Counted from the first letter of the whole stretch, positions 40,634 to 50,775 are shown. The stretch: DNA of 63,628 nt, filler included, from 4 parts of 4 records of this genome joined end to end with filler, not necessarily neighbours in it, one strand, 5' to 3'. Notes: generated by a model not told the origin, from the sequence alone. Program-made: numbers and translations.

Positions 40634-41443
40634 TCACTGGAAAACGTATTTCACCCCAATGTAAGGTCCGTGTTGTTCTACATCATATCCAAAAGGGCCG
40701 CTGGCCAGCGTCGTGCTGTAATCCATGCTGAAGTATCGGTATCCAAAAATGATCGAGGTGTTGTCCCAAGGCTGATAGTCAAACCCGGCGTTGAAACCGA
40801 CTTGCAGATCATTCCCGCCAGCACCAAATCCGCCAAACTCCACGGAGGCAACAGTCGCCCATTGGTCGTTCAGTTCCCATTTGCCGCGTGCGCCAAGGAC
40901 TGGCTCCCACCAACCATCATCCCCACCCAGAGTTCCTGTTGGAATAGGCGTGACAATGGCAACTTCCTGTCGCAGTGAATTGTAGCGGGCGCCTGCCTGT
41001 ACATCGACAGTATATCGCCTTCCGCTCTTGCCAAATGTTCCGTTTGCAACTCGATATGCTGCGAGTAGACCCAGCCATTTTTGGCGTACATTGACATCAA
41101 CTGTACCAGCGCCCGGGCCTAGCGATGCGCTATCAGCGCTAATTGAATAGTAATTTGCATCAAAGATTAGGCCCCAGTCCCCCTTCCAGGCTTCAAAGCG
41201 CCCGGACGCTGCAAAATCAAGGTTTTCCAGCACCTGTCCAAGGTCCAGATCGATGGGTGCCGACACGCCGGAAACTGTCGTCGTTCCGGTCGTTCGAAGC
41301 GGTGTGAAAGCGTATAATGCACCAGTGTAACGCCAACCTGCATCACTTTGGTCCGGCCCTGTCATCGGATCAGCCGAGGACGTTCCCGTCGAAAGGCAAG
41401 TTGACAAAAGTAAAATGGCGACCACCGCCAAAGGTCTTTTCAT
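40634..41443 (-). CDS. Outer-membrane beta-barrel protein (hypothetical)
   Basis: Signal peptide, W.EPVLGARG, GYRYFSMDY, terminal HGPYIGVKYVFQ; AAGGA RBS before ATG 41443. Confidence 0.75.
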   Translation of the reverse strand: MKRPLAVVAILLLSTCLSTGTSSADPMTGPDQSDAGWRYTGALYAFTPLRTTGTTTVSGVSAPIDLDLGQVLENLDFAASGRFEAWKGDWGLIFDANYYSISADSASLGPGAGTVDVNVRQKWLGLLAAYRVANGTFGKSGRRYTVDVQAGARYNSLRQEVAIVTPIPTGTLGGDDGWWEPVLGARGKWELNDQWATVASVEFGGFGAGGNDLQVGFNAGFDYQPWDNTSIIFGYRYFSMDYSTTLASGPFGYDVEQHGPYIGVKYVFQ

Positions 41444-41653
41444 TTTGGATTTTCCTTTAGATTGTTTGAGTGGCTTCGCGAACAAAGACAAAGTTCGTTG
41501 AAAGAATGGGCAATAATTGAGATACTTCGGGTCGCTGAATTCGCCTTGGATGGTTCGGAACTGATATTCGTAGAACCCGAGAGACAAAGATCTGATGAAC
41601 TTCGACTTCGCGGCCAAATTGGCTGCTTTCTCTGCCTTCGGACATGACATTCC

Positions 41654-42427
41654 TTAATAATTGACCCTGAGACCAAATCCGATCCCCTGATCATAAGTGC
41701 GATCACTTCCCACTCCGACGAGGATATCTGCATAAACAGCAATGCCATCATTCACATTGTAACCGACTTGCACTTCAGCAGAGGCGGGCCAGGTGTCGTT
41801 CTCCCAGTCAAATGGAAGTTTCAGGTCACCTTTTACCCACCAATCCTCGGCAAACGGCTGAATCGCGATGAGCCTGAGCGCGGTTTGACTGACGTCGGTG
41901 GGGCCATTGTAGCTTTCAAAGTGTTGAATTAACGGCAACAAGGTTAACCCGGTCGATGTGTTGGAGAAAGCTGCCCCTACCAACGGTGCAAATTGATCCG
42001 ACTCGGTGCCGATGCCTTTCGAAGTGTCGCCCAGATCGATGATCCATTCCAGGCCCACGGCCGTTTTGACAACCCACGTTTCGTTTATGGCGCGTGCGGA
42101 TGGGAAGTAGATCAGCTTGGCATTGACCTTCTCCAAACCTTTTTCGCGCCCGCCAGTCACATCGGTTGAGTTATAGTGGAGTTCGTATTTGAACTTTAGA
42201 TTAGGCCGCAACATGAAAGAGCCATCAATGAAGGCGTCCTGTTTGTCCGCGCCCCCAAGATCGAAATACTGATATCGCAAATCGGTGCTGTTGACGGCCG
42301 CGAGCGGGTTTGAAGCATTCTCTTCGGCGTAGGCCGTTGTCGATGCGAGGCACAGGCTGCAGAAGGCGCCAAGGCCCAGAAACTTTTTCGCAACTGGACA
42401 TCTGGGAAAACTCGATTTGAGGTTCAT
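41654..42427 (-). CDS. Outer-membrane beta-barrel/transporter-like hypothetical protein
   Basis: Signal peptide, ASNPLA N-terminus, alternating strands, terminal GFGLRVNY. Confidence 0.7.
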   Translation of the reverse strand: MNLKSSFPRCPVAKKFLGLGAFCSLCLASTTAYAEENASNPLAAVNSTDLRYQYFDLGGADKQDAFIDGSFMLRPNLKFKYELHYNSTDVTGGREKGLEKVNAKLIYFPSARAINETWVVKTAVGLEWIIDLGDTSKGIGTESDQFAPLVGAAFSNTSTGLTLLPLIQHFESYNGPTDVSQTALRLIAIQPFAEDWWVKGDLKLPFDWENDTWPASAEVQVGYNVNDGIAVYADILVGVGSDRTYDQGIGFGLRVNY

Positions 42428-42536
42428 GTGCTCGGCCTTCTGGGCTGTGAATTGACTTGATTGGGAAGGCTGGGCCTGTACTTACAATTATTCCCGCAAT
42501 TCCCGCCCCGAATGCTCGGGACGGGAAAGGTGAGCA

Positions 42537-44180
42537 TTACTGCCAGCTTGCGAAGACCTGGCGCGCCAGTTCGCTTTCCGGGCGCAGGTTTTCGATGCCT
42601 TCGTAGGGGACGCCTTTGCCCAAAGGCAGGTGTGGATATTTGCCGATGGTTTTCGCGTGCCGTTTGATCATGTCCTGAAAGGATGCACCCGCCCAGAGTG
42701 CAATCCCGATCTGCGAGCTTTCCTCGCGGGGGTCACGCAACACGTTGAAGGTTTCTGCCGCGGCACCGGGTAGTCCCGGAGGAGGCAGGTGCATTTTGAA
42801 TTCCTGCTTCACGACAGAGCGCAAAACCGGGCCTTCATACACATAGACATAATCACGGCGCGAGTTGCCTTCACCTTCCAGCAACAGCGCTGTCTGGTCG
42901 ACACCATCAATAACCCGGTCACGCGGTATGAAATCAGTGGCGTTGCCGAGGCGTGCGAAGGTCGTAAACAAATCAGACACATGCACGATGTCGCCGGCTG
43001 CGCTTCCTGCTTCGATGACGCCGGGCCAACGGACGAATGCGTCAGTTCTTACGCCCCCTTCAAGGTGCTGTGTTTTGCCTCCACGATAGATCAGTTCCAT
43101 GAACCCCGATTGCGCCGGCGAATAATAGTTGAAGATACCGTTGTCGGCCATCAGCATGACGATGGTGTTATCCTCGATGCCGAGCTTTTCGACTTCGGCG
43201 AACAGGTCGCCCAGCCAGACGTCGAGCAGTTCCAGCTTTTCAGCCATGTAGCCACCATTGCGCGACGTTTGCTGTTCTTGATCGTATACAAAGTTCAGCG
43301 GGTAAAGCGGCCAGTACTGCAGGAAAAACGGTTCTTCTTTGCCGGCCAATTTGTTCAGCTGTTCAATCGCCTGGCTCTGATATCGCTCATTCATTTCGCG
43401 ATACTTGGCTTGTGTCCAAACCTCGCCCGGCTCCATGTCCACTTCACGGGCCAAACCGCCTGCTTCACCTTCCAGACCTGTCACCAGACCGTAGGGTTTG
43501 AAACGTTGATCGATCGCAAAGGGATTTGTCTGTCCGGAAGGGTCCAGACCAACCATGTTGTTGGCCTGCATCGCTTCACGTGTCATTAGAGACAGTTGCA
43601 CCTGCTGATGCGTTGGGAAAGCCGCCCAGTCGAACCCTTGGTTGTGGGGATAGGATTGCTCGATGTCGCCTTGGTGCCACTTGCCGACATGAGCGGTGTT
43701 GTAACCCGCTTCCTTTAGAACCTCGGCAATCGTCACTTCTTCCGCAGCAAGGCCCTCGCCAACCAACGCAACCTTTACTTCTTCCACGCCGGCGCGCACT
43801 GGATGGCGCCCTGTCAACATAGCGGTTCGTGTGGGTGTGCAGGAAGGCTCGGTATACATCCGCATCAGTGACATACCTTCAGCGGCAAGATCATTGATGT
43901 TTGGCGTGTCGATCCCGGTGACATAGTTCATTGACCGGTTGCCGAGCATCCCAAAGCTGACATCATCAATCAGAACATACAGGATGTTCGGTGCACCGCC
44001 CTTTTCCTCTCGGATTTCGGCGAGACGGGCTTCAATCTCAACGTCTTGTGCGTCCCATTGTTCGCCAAACTGAGCTTTGAGAAAATTGAACTCTCCATCG
44101 TGTATGATCGGGTCGTCCTGTGCAAACGCTGATGCGACGCTCAAAAGGAGAGCCGGTAGCGCAAACTTGAGTGGTTTCAT
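42537..44180 (-). CDS. Secreted formylglycine-type (S1) sulfatase
   Basis: PNILYVLIDD, SCTPTRTAMLTGR (CxPxR), VGKWH, ADNG, GGK...EGGVR. Confidence 0.9.
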   Translation of the reverse strand: MKPLKFALPALLLSVASAFAQDDPIIHDGEFNFLKAQFGEQWDAQDVEIEARLAEIREEKGGAPNILYVLIDDVSFGMLGNRSMNYVTGIDTPNINDLAAEGMSLMRMYTEPSCTPTRTAMLTGRHPVRAGVEEVKVALVGEGLAAEEVTIAEVLKEAGYNTAHVGKWHQGDIEQSYPHNQGFDWAAFPTHQQVQLSLMTREAMQANNMVGLDPSGQTNPFAIDQRFKPYGLVTGLEGEAGGLAREVDMEPGEVWTQAKYREMNERYQSQAIEQLNKLAGKEEPFFLQYWPLYPLNFVYDQEQQTSRNGGYMAEKLELLDVWLGDLFAEVEKLGIEDNTIVMLMADNGIFNYYSPAQSGFMELIYRGGKTQHLEGGVRTDAFVRWPGVIEAGSAAGDIVHVSDLFTTFARLGNATDFIPRDRVIDGVDQTALLLEGEGNSRRDYVYVYEGPVLRSVVKQEFKMHLPPPGLPGAAAETFNVLRDPREESSQIGIALWAGASFQDMIKRHAKTIGKYPHLPLGKGVPYEGIENLRPESELARQVFASWQ

Positions 44181-44440
44181 TATTGGTCTCTTTCTTTGCT
44201 TCGGTTGCTTTTTTCGGCGTGTTCCAGTGCGGACGCGATCTCTTGCTTAAGATCAGTGAGGCTTTCGATTATTTCGGCGATATCCCTTGAACGTTCTGCC
44301 GCCGACGCGATGCGTGTTAGCTCAACGAAATCTGAACAAATCTCATCAAATTCACTATTTAGGCGGCGGAGCGCGCGCATTGTCGCTTGCTGACTTGGAA
44401 ACGCGGCCGTCAGGATCGTGACTTCATTCAATCGTTCCAA
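44180..44440 (-). CDS. Small helical hypothetical protein
   Basis: 86 aa, TAATG-coupled to the sulfatase start; TTG start uncertain. Confidence 0.6.
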   Translation of the reverse strand: MERLNEVTILTAAFPSQQATMRALRRLNSEFDEICSDFVELTRIASAAERSRDIAEIIESLTDLKQEIASALEHAEKSNRSKERDQ

Positions 44441-44528
44441 TTTGCGGCCTCTTGCTTCCGAGCACTCAGTGAAATCGTGCTGCGGAATGTGGGCGATTGA
44501 AACGTATATCGGCGTATGCTACGGTAGC

Positions 44529-44558
44529 ACCTGTAGTTATTATTAAATTATAACAGGT
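44529..44558. promoter_or_regulatory. Inverted repeat ACCTGT-N18-ACAGGT in the divergent promoter region
   Basis: 6-bp arms around a nearly pure A/T spacer, between the small ORF and the TPR regulator. Confidence 0.45.
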
Positions 44559-44578
44559 ACTTAATCGGAGCTTGGCAT

Positions 44579-45907
44579 TTGGCGGCTGATAGTGCGACTT
44601 ATGATGTTGCCGACCGTGATGTTCGCGCTGCTCTAGCTCGAATAAGTGCTTGGGACGGGTTGGCGCGCTCTGAACGTCTCCGCGGTTTTCTTGAGTATCT
44701 TGTTGAAGAAACGCTCGCTGGGCGCGGTTCCGCAATCAAAGCAAAGACCATTGGAATGGATGCCTACGGTTACACTGCCGACGAACTCGACGGGCGTGAA
44801 AGCGTTGTTCGTGTTGATGCCGGGCGCCTGCGTCGCAAGCTTGAGGAATACTATGGCGACGTTGGGAAAGAAGACGTGGTCCGGCTTTCCCTAGCCAAAG
44901 GTGGATACACACCGACGTTCGAACGGACGGCCCAAGCTGTCGCCGAAACTTCCGGCGAAGTCGCGCAGCAAAAGTCCTCAAAATTTGGGCGATGGTCCGT
45001 GGGTGTCGTTGTTGTCGCTGCCATCATTTTTGGGTCTGGTATTCTTCTGGTCCAGAACAAAGGTTGGGACAAAAGCAAGAGTGTTGAGAACAAACTAATT
45101 GAACGTAGAGCAATATTTGACGTTGCACCCAATCGTTTGCGTTCGATCAACCTCGCGGAAATCGGGCGTGATCTCATTTTTCCTGCATTGGGCCCGGGCC
45201 AGCTTGAGGCCGCAGCAGTAACTTTTGAGGAAGCTATCAAAATCGATGAAGCGTATTTTGGGGGCTACGCGGGGGCGGCTCAGGTAGAAGCAACCGTAGC
45301 GTTGCTTGAACCAAACCAAGAACTCGCGCTTCAAGCACTTGAGCGCGCGAATACAAACGCCGAAATCGCCTTGGGTCTCGCTCCGCAAGATGCTTGGAGC
45401 CAGTCGGCAATGGCCTGGGTCGATTTTGCGAAAGGAAATGTGGAGAGCGCGACTCGGACGTCAGCACTTGCCGTTAGTTTGAGGCCGAATGACCCGCATA
45501 TTGCGGAGTTTGATACCCTGATTTCACTTTATACGGGTGATTTTGAACGGGTTATTGCTGTGAGTGACCGGATCGAACTGTCATTGACCGGTGAAACGGG
45601 ATTTGTTTTTCGAAATGCAGCCGGGTCCGCCCGCTATCACCTTGGTGACTATTCCGCCACAATCGTTGCATTTGAACAAGCAATTGCATCCGGGGCTCCA
45701 ATCGGGCCCCCAACGTTGGCCTACTTGATGGCAGCATACGAAAAGTTGGGACAGCATGATCGCGCGCAGAAACTTGCAGCACAGTATACTCATGCATGGC
45801 CGAATGCTCGAATTGACTTAGTATTACGTCGGTTGTTTGTGGACGCCACACATGCCGAAGACATAATCGGCGCCATGCTCAAAGCAGGTTGGTCTCCGAA
45901 CATCTAG
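44579..45907 (+). CDS. Membrane-anchored regulator: N-terminal wHTH-like domain, one TM helix, TPR domain
   Basis: RSERLRGFLEYLVEETLAG...VVRVDAGRLRRKLEEYY...KGGYTP; TM VGVVVVAAIIFGSGILLV; TPR-like helices. Confidence 0.72.
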   Translation: MAADSATYDVADRDVRAALARISAWDGLARSERLRGFLEYLVEETLAGRGSAIKAKTIGMDAYGYTADELDGRESVVRVDAGRLRRKLEEYYGDVGKEDVVRLSLAKGGYTPTFERTAQAVAETSGEVAQQKSSKFGRWSVGVVVVAAIIFGSGILLVQNKGWDKSKSVENKLIERRAIFDVAPNRLRSINLAEIGRDLIFPALGPGQLEAAAVTFEEAIKIDEAYFGGYAGAAQVEATVALLEPNQELALQALERANTNAEIALGLAPQDAWSQSAMAWVDFAKGNVESATRTSALAVSLRPNDPHIAEFDTLISLYTGDFERVIAVSDRIELSLTGETGFVFRNAAGSARYHLGDYSATIVAFEQAIASGAPIGPPTLAYLMAAYEKLGQHDRAQKLAAQYTHAWPNARIDLVLRRLFVDATHAEDIIGAMLKAGWSPNI

Positions 45908-46171
45908 GTAATGATTAAGCTGTCAATTTTTGGCGACTCTGGAGATATACCGAGCTAATATTTGGGCCGGTGTTTTGGAATGCATGTTCAAATCAGTTGG
46001 ATAGACGACGGTTAACTGTCACCGAACCTGTAGGCTAAGTGCGTTTGGCGAAAGGAGAAGAACGTCCTTCACCCGATTTGTGCAACAAAACCGGTGGAGA
46101 CGACTAAAACTAGCAATCTGCAATATCGACAGGTGGGCGTAGTTTGCTTGTGATCTGTTTGAAGGGGTCGC

Positions 46172-46340
46172 GAAGGTCCGCTTCTTCAAACCAAGCGATA
46201 GACATTTGCGCTTGTATCAAATGACCGCTTCCCTTCCGTTGTGTCGAAGGGCCATGTCCGCTTTGGGCTGGGAACAGCCATCCGCTGGGGGCGGCCGTAT
46301 TGCGTAGTTTGCAACTTTTGCCAAGTCGCGCGAACGGCCC
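46172..46340. repeat. Non-coding repeat element, right copy
   Basis: GAAGGTCCGCTT (46172), AATGACCGCTT (46220), ATGTCCGCTTT (46254) and the 40-nt core at 46301-46340. Confidence 0.6.
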
Positions 46341-46489
46341 ATGGTGGATTTTCACCACATAGTTCTATTGCTGCTTTGCACTTTCAAAAAAGGAGGTCGC
46401 CGGCCGCCGTGATGGGGCTTCTTCCCGCGAAACGGCATTTTTTTTGGGGTCTGAGGTAAGGTTTCTTACAATAAACATCTTCGACCCAG

Positions 46490-47728
46490 TTACGAACGTT
46501 TCATCATCAACTTTTGAATTTCCTCCGCAATAGAGCTTAGAGCTTCCAGAACATGATGAGGAGAGTGGTTGTTGCCGAACCACAGGGAGTAGCGCAGACG
46601 CGAGAGAGGAACAGTCTGGTAGTCAGGGTGAACGATATAGAACTTCGAGCTGACGTATTCGATACAGGGTCCTAGACCGTTTTCTTCTCTGCCATCGATT
46701 GATAAAGGTTGAAAATCGTCGTCATAAGGGTGGTAATTTCGATTTGCCTGAAACTGATCCTTAGGGAGTTTCAAGTCAATTTTGAGTTCATAAGTAGAGC
46801 ACGGCCCGTGCTGATCCTGCCATATCGAACCTAAAGCCAAATTTTGGGGAAGCTTTGTTCCCGGGATACCAAGAACAGGAGGAAGGAGTGGGCCATAGCA
46901 TTCGTCGTCCGCACCGTGTTGAAGGGCGAATGGACCTCCTAGCACTGGATCTTGGTCACCAACCGTCACCCGTAAGGAAGAGACGCGTAAGATCGCCTTG
47001 GCATAACACCCCACAAAAAACTTTTGTGTACGATCTCCGTTTGTTGAGCACATAGAATCGGCCGGAAAATTCGAGTAATACATTGTTTCGCCACTAAAGC
47101 TCGGTATGCAGGTGAAATCGAGAATGGCTCGTCGGACACTCGTTGCGGCAACGGCTGGCTGTATCATGTAAAGAAGGTTAAGTCGTTTCTCTTTCGTGAT
47201 TTCTGCCTTTTTGATGGCCTCTAACGCTACCCGTGCACCCAGAGAATGCGTGACAATTGCGACTTGTCGATCGCCCAAATTGTTTAGGATTTTGGCAAGG
47301 TGGGATCCAGCTTTGACTGCCATTGCTTCTGCCAGGGAGAAATCCGTCAGTTCGAATTGACTAGGCCAGACAAATGCTAGGACGCTTGCTTCCAAGCCTT
47401 GCTCGGTTAACGCCATATCCAAAGATCGTGCTGCGCAACCTGCTTCCTCTGAGCTGGTCTTGAACCCATGTACCCAAATGACTACTCGATCTCCAACTAA
47501 ACTCAATGCGGCTTGCTGAGCTAATAAGAACTCTTCTTCGCTTCGAAGTTCTCGAGACTTTTCGCTGGATTGAGCACCAGAATCCACAATGGCTGCATCG
47601 CCGGAGCTTTCAATACAAGGAACTGAAAACGACGCTTCAACCAAGTTCCCGATTGGGCGAACTAGAAACAGAAAAGAAATTCCAGCCAACAGGACAGGTG
47701 AAAGCAAAATAATAGACCACAAACGCAT
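46490..47728 (-). CDS. Alpha/beta hydrolase (DUF900-like) with N-terminal membrane anchor
   Basis: VVIWVHGF, FVWPS, THSLGARV nucleophile elbow, QDPVL, late NHS. Confidence 0.72.
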   Translation of the reverse strand: MRLWSIILLSPVLLAGISFLFLVRPIGNLVEASFSVPCIESSGDAAIVDSGAQSSEKSRELRSEEEFLLAQQAALSLVGDRVVIWVHGFKTSSEEAGCAARSLDMALTEQGLEASVLAFVWPSQFELTDFSLAEAMAVKAGSHLAKILNNLGDRQVAIVTHSLGARVALEAIKKAEITKEKRLNLLYMIQPAVAATSVRRAILDFTCIPSFSGETMYYSNFPADSMCSTNGDRTQKFFVGCYAKAILRVSSLRVTVGDQDPVLGGPFALQHGADDECYGPLLPPVLGIPGTKLPQNLALGSIWQDQHGPCSTYELKIDLKLPKDQFQANRNYHPYDDDFQPLSIDGREENGLGPCIEYVSSKFYIVHPDYQTVPLSRLRYSLWFGNNHSPHHVLEALSSIAEEIQKLMMKRS

Positions 47729-48212
47729 TGCGTAATCCTAGGTGGCCATTAGACTGTAATGCAAGGGTACAGAGGAGAAATTTTGCTCTAGAGCTTGAAC
47801 TGTAGATGCTAAAGGCCACAAAGTGCACGTAATCTATAGCAAAATATGAAACATTACTGCTTTTGGTCGCCTCGATTCTCTTGCAGTGTTCGACCACTTT
47901 GTGCAGCGACCCGACATACCAAAGTGGAACTAACATATTTGCGCTGAAAAGTCGCTCAAAATATCCGAAACGCTAGCTGATTAATATTCTGACATACAGA
48001 ACCTAACACCTCCAAACAAAGTGTATGTCATACACGGTTGGGTGTGGTAGCTATCACTTGCTCCAATTTTGAGCTCTTACCGCTGCCTTTCCTGCTGAAC
48101 TCAAGCATGCAAGGAAGCAGAGACATTCAAAATTTTATTGAAAATCGCCTAAAAATCACGAATAATCTTTACAATTTGGTGATCACTGTCCGTAAGAGCG
48201 AGAGGTTCAAAA

Positions 48213-49826
48213 TTGTCTCCAAGTATTAATGCACTCAAAGAACTGACGATCTACAAAAAACAACGACTGAAACAGCACTTCACGCCAGCCCAACCTTTCG
48301 GACCAAGAAGCAGCGAGGATCTGGGGCATGATGAAATTGCTCAATCTTTAATTTTCAACACTCGAAACTCGGTGTGGCAATCATATCAAGCCGATCCCAA
48401 AATCATAGTAGGTCGCCGAGGCTCAGGCAAAACAACTGTAGTTTCCAGAACCGAACTAAGAGGCCGGTTTAAGTACATAATGTTTGGTCAACTGTCAGAA
48501 TTGGCGCAGAAAGTTGATCAGGCTATTTTTTCCGAAGATCAGCTCAAGATGGGTCTCACCGAGCGTTGCGCAAAGTACTGGGACTTTGTTCTCAATGTTC
48601 AGCTAATGATTGAAGTCGTTCGAAGCAATCCTTCAACTCCTCTAGAAAGAATTTCATCCTTCCTCGAATCAATCGATAGTTCGCCAGACAATGGTAATAT
48701 TAGCTACCTGAAAAAGGCGTATAGAGCAGCAAACGCCATTGAACTGAACAACAATGTTGGATCTCTCCTTTTATCTATTCGTAGCTTTGTAGAGGCAGCA
48801 TCACATGGCTATCAAGAGGCACTAACTGACCTTGATTTCTTCCTCAAGGAGAGCAACCAGAGATCGGTCCTAGTACTAGATAACTTGGAAGAACTTGATC
48901 TAGATGATTACCGAACAGAGCAGGTCTTAAAGGGATTGCTCAAATGTGTGGGGATTTTTGGAAACTCATTTCGACAAATCCGCCTTTGCATACCGGCAGA
49001 ACACTACTTTGAGATTAAATCAAAATCATCAAACGTTACTAAAGACTTTGGCAATGCAATTGTTTTGCATTGGAGCCCTATTGAGTTGATGAGAATCGCT
49101 GCTTGGCGATACCTGATATTCCTTGCAACGCATAACCACATGCAACGGTTAAACAAATTTTCAAACATAGACTTGTCTAAACGTGACGATGTTCACTTTG
49201 TTTTATCAGACTTTATGAAAGACACCACAGTCAATAGAGGTCGAAAGATAGAAGGCACGCTTGCCTATATTTTGCGCCACACACAGCTCCTACCTCGGCA
49301 ATTCATCATGACGCTTAATTCAATATACAAGAATTCATCTGAGAATAGCTTCAACTATGGGGCAAGCGTTATTGATGGCATTCGACAGGTTGAAGGTGAT
49401 ATATGCGGCGACATCTTTAACTCCTTTCAAACAAAATACCCATTTTGCAGTGATTTATGTGACCGCGTCATAGAAAACTTACCTAGGTTTTTTTGTGATG
49501 CCGAGTTACACGAAGCATATGCTCAATTTGGAAAAGGTGCTCTAAAATCAAGAGCAGATATCGACTATCACTCCTTCAGAAAAATCTTAGCCGAGATCGG
49601 CGCCATAGGAAAGGTGACTGATGAAACCACGATGTACAAAGATGCGGACTTTGAGTACGGTATGCCTGGCCGCCTGTCACTTTCTCCTAAGGATGAAATT
49701 TGCCTACATCCGGCTTTTTCAGGGACTTTTGAAACTGGAGTAAACTCACGATCCGAACAATTCGTCTACCCACACTTAAAGTTTATTAAACTAGACGGAT
49801 ATGTAGACCGAACGTTACCTGTCTAA
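48213..49826 (+). CDS. P-loop ATPase (Sll1717/FunZ-like)
   Basis: Walker A IIVGRRGSGKT, Walker B VLVLDNLEE, LHWS..ELM, YILRHTQLLPRQFI, C-terminal LHPAF. Start codon uncertain. Confidence 0.75.
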   Translation: MSPSINALKELTIYKKQRLKQHFTPAQPFGPRSSEDLGHDEIAQSLIFNTRNSVWQSYQADPKIIVGRRGSGKTTVVSRTELRGRFKYIMFGQLSELAQKVDQAIFSEDQLKMGLTERCAKYWDFVLNVQLMIEVVRSNPSTPLERISSFLESIDSSPDNGNISYLKKAYRAANAIELNNNVGSLLLSIRSFVEAASHGYQEALTDLDFFLKESNQRSVLVLDNLEELDLDDYRTEQVLKGLLKCVGIFGNSFRQIRLCIPAEHYFEIKSKSSNVTKDFGNAIVLHWSPIELMRIAAWRYLIFLATHNHMQRLNKFSNIDLSKRDDVHFVLSDFMKDTTVNRGRKIEGTLAYILRHTQLLPRQFIMTLNSIYKNSSENSFNYGASVIDGIRQVEGDICGDIFNSFQTKYPFCSDLCDRVIENLPRFFCDAELHEAYAQFGKGALKSRADIDYHSFRKILAEIGAIGKVTDETTMYKDADFEYGMPGRLSLSPKDEICLHPAFSGTFETGVNSRSEQFVYPHLKFIKLDGYVDRTLPV

Positions 49827-49843
49827 TCAGACGAACTTGTGAG

Positions 49844-49891
49844 CCTAGCCCCAAGTTCCCCGCAACGTTATGCTGATGACTTGGGGTTAGG
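49844..49891. terminator. Hairpin between convergent genes (possible bidirectional terminator)
   Basis: CCTAGCCCCAAGT / ACTTGGGGTTAGG, 13-bp stem with one G-U pair. Confidence 0.5.
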
Positions 49892-49954
49892 TCTTTGGCG
49901 TTAGGCTACTACTTGACCCATCGGGGGACGTCCAAGTAGGCACCAAAGAATTAG

Positions 49955-50662
49955 TCATGTTGTGTGTGCGACATAAAGCGGAGAGTATATGTAGAAATTT
50001 CGTTCCAGGTTGTCCTTATACTCAAAAACCTTGAGCGCTAGAGTCTCAAGTGTAAGAGGCGTCCCTTTTGAGCTCTGTGCCATATCAACCATAATTTGTG
50101 AAACCTCCGAGTTTCGTAGGTTCGTATCAAACCGAGGTTCATTTTGATCGGTTGGGTCAACTGAACCCGCCCCCCTATCAAGGGCTTTTCGGATCAATCC
50201 CTTATCATTTCCCCATTCAGCAAGCCGGGTTGATACAAACGGAAAATAGGAAAGGGATGAAGAAATTTCAGAAGATGGGAGGCTATTCCCGATGACGTGA
50301 TGACCACTTCCCGCAAGAAGTAAAAAAGACGTAGGCCCATGCCCTCCATTCCCATCTACTGCCCCCAATGATGCAATCATCAGAAACTCTTCAGTTGGCT
50401 TACTTCCATGTACCGAATGAAACCGTGCCTCAAACCGACGCCACATTTCTGATTGACCTTCAGCCTTCTCGATATGCCGAGACAACCTTTCAAGTCGCGC
50501 TTGTCGACCGCTTGTCGCTTCATTCAAGTTAAGTGACGCTTGAAAACCCGCAATATCAAATGAGAAGGCAGCGGAAACCATCTCTATAATTGATCGATTT
50601 TTCGGCATCTGATCATGAAAGGTCTTTAATTTACTATCTGAAATATAGATGTAGTTTTTCAT
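49955..50662 (-). CDS. Hypothetical protein (DUF7019-like)
   Basis: MKNYIYISDSKL...Q N-terminus, LLLAGS.HHVIG, C-terminal SPLYVA; family recalled from pattern only. Confidence 0.62.
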   Translation of the reverse strand: MKNYIYISDSKLKTFHDQMPKNRSIIEMVSAAFSFDIAGFQASLNLNEATSGRQARLERLSRHIEKAEGQSEMWRRFEARFHSVHGSKPTEEFLMIASLGAVDGNGGHGPTSFLLLAGSGHHVIGNSLPSSEISSSLSYFPFVSTRLAEWGNDKGLIRKALDRGAGSVDPTDQNEPRFDTNLRNSEVSQIMVDMAQSSKGTPLTLETLALKVFEYKDNLERNFYIYSPLYVAHTT

Positions 50663-50775
50663 ACTGGGTACTCTTACAACAACCTTTGGAAAATCCTAGC
50701 CAATTTGGCAGGTCCACTAAAGGATGGTCAACCCTTTCGCATGAGTTCTGATGCCCCCGCCTGTTTTCCCTTGTG

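Noticed and set aside
49821-49906. Integron attC site (GTTAGGC/GTTAGGT R'-like boxes after the ATPase stop)
   Set aside because: No canonical RYYYAAC R'' box (GTCTAAT and GCCTAGC only), no second site and no integron integrase; a terminator hairpin is the simpler reading.
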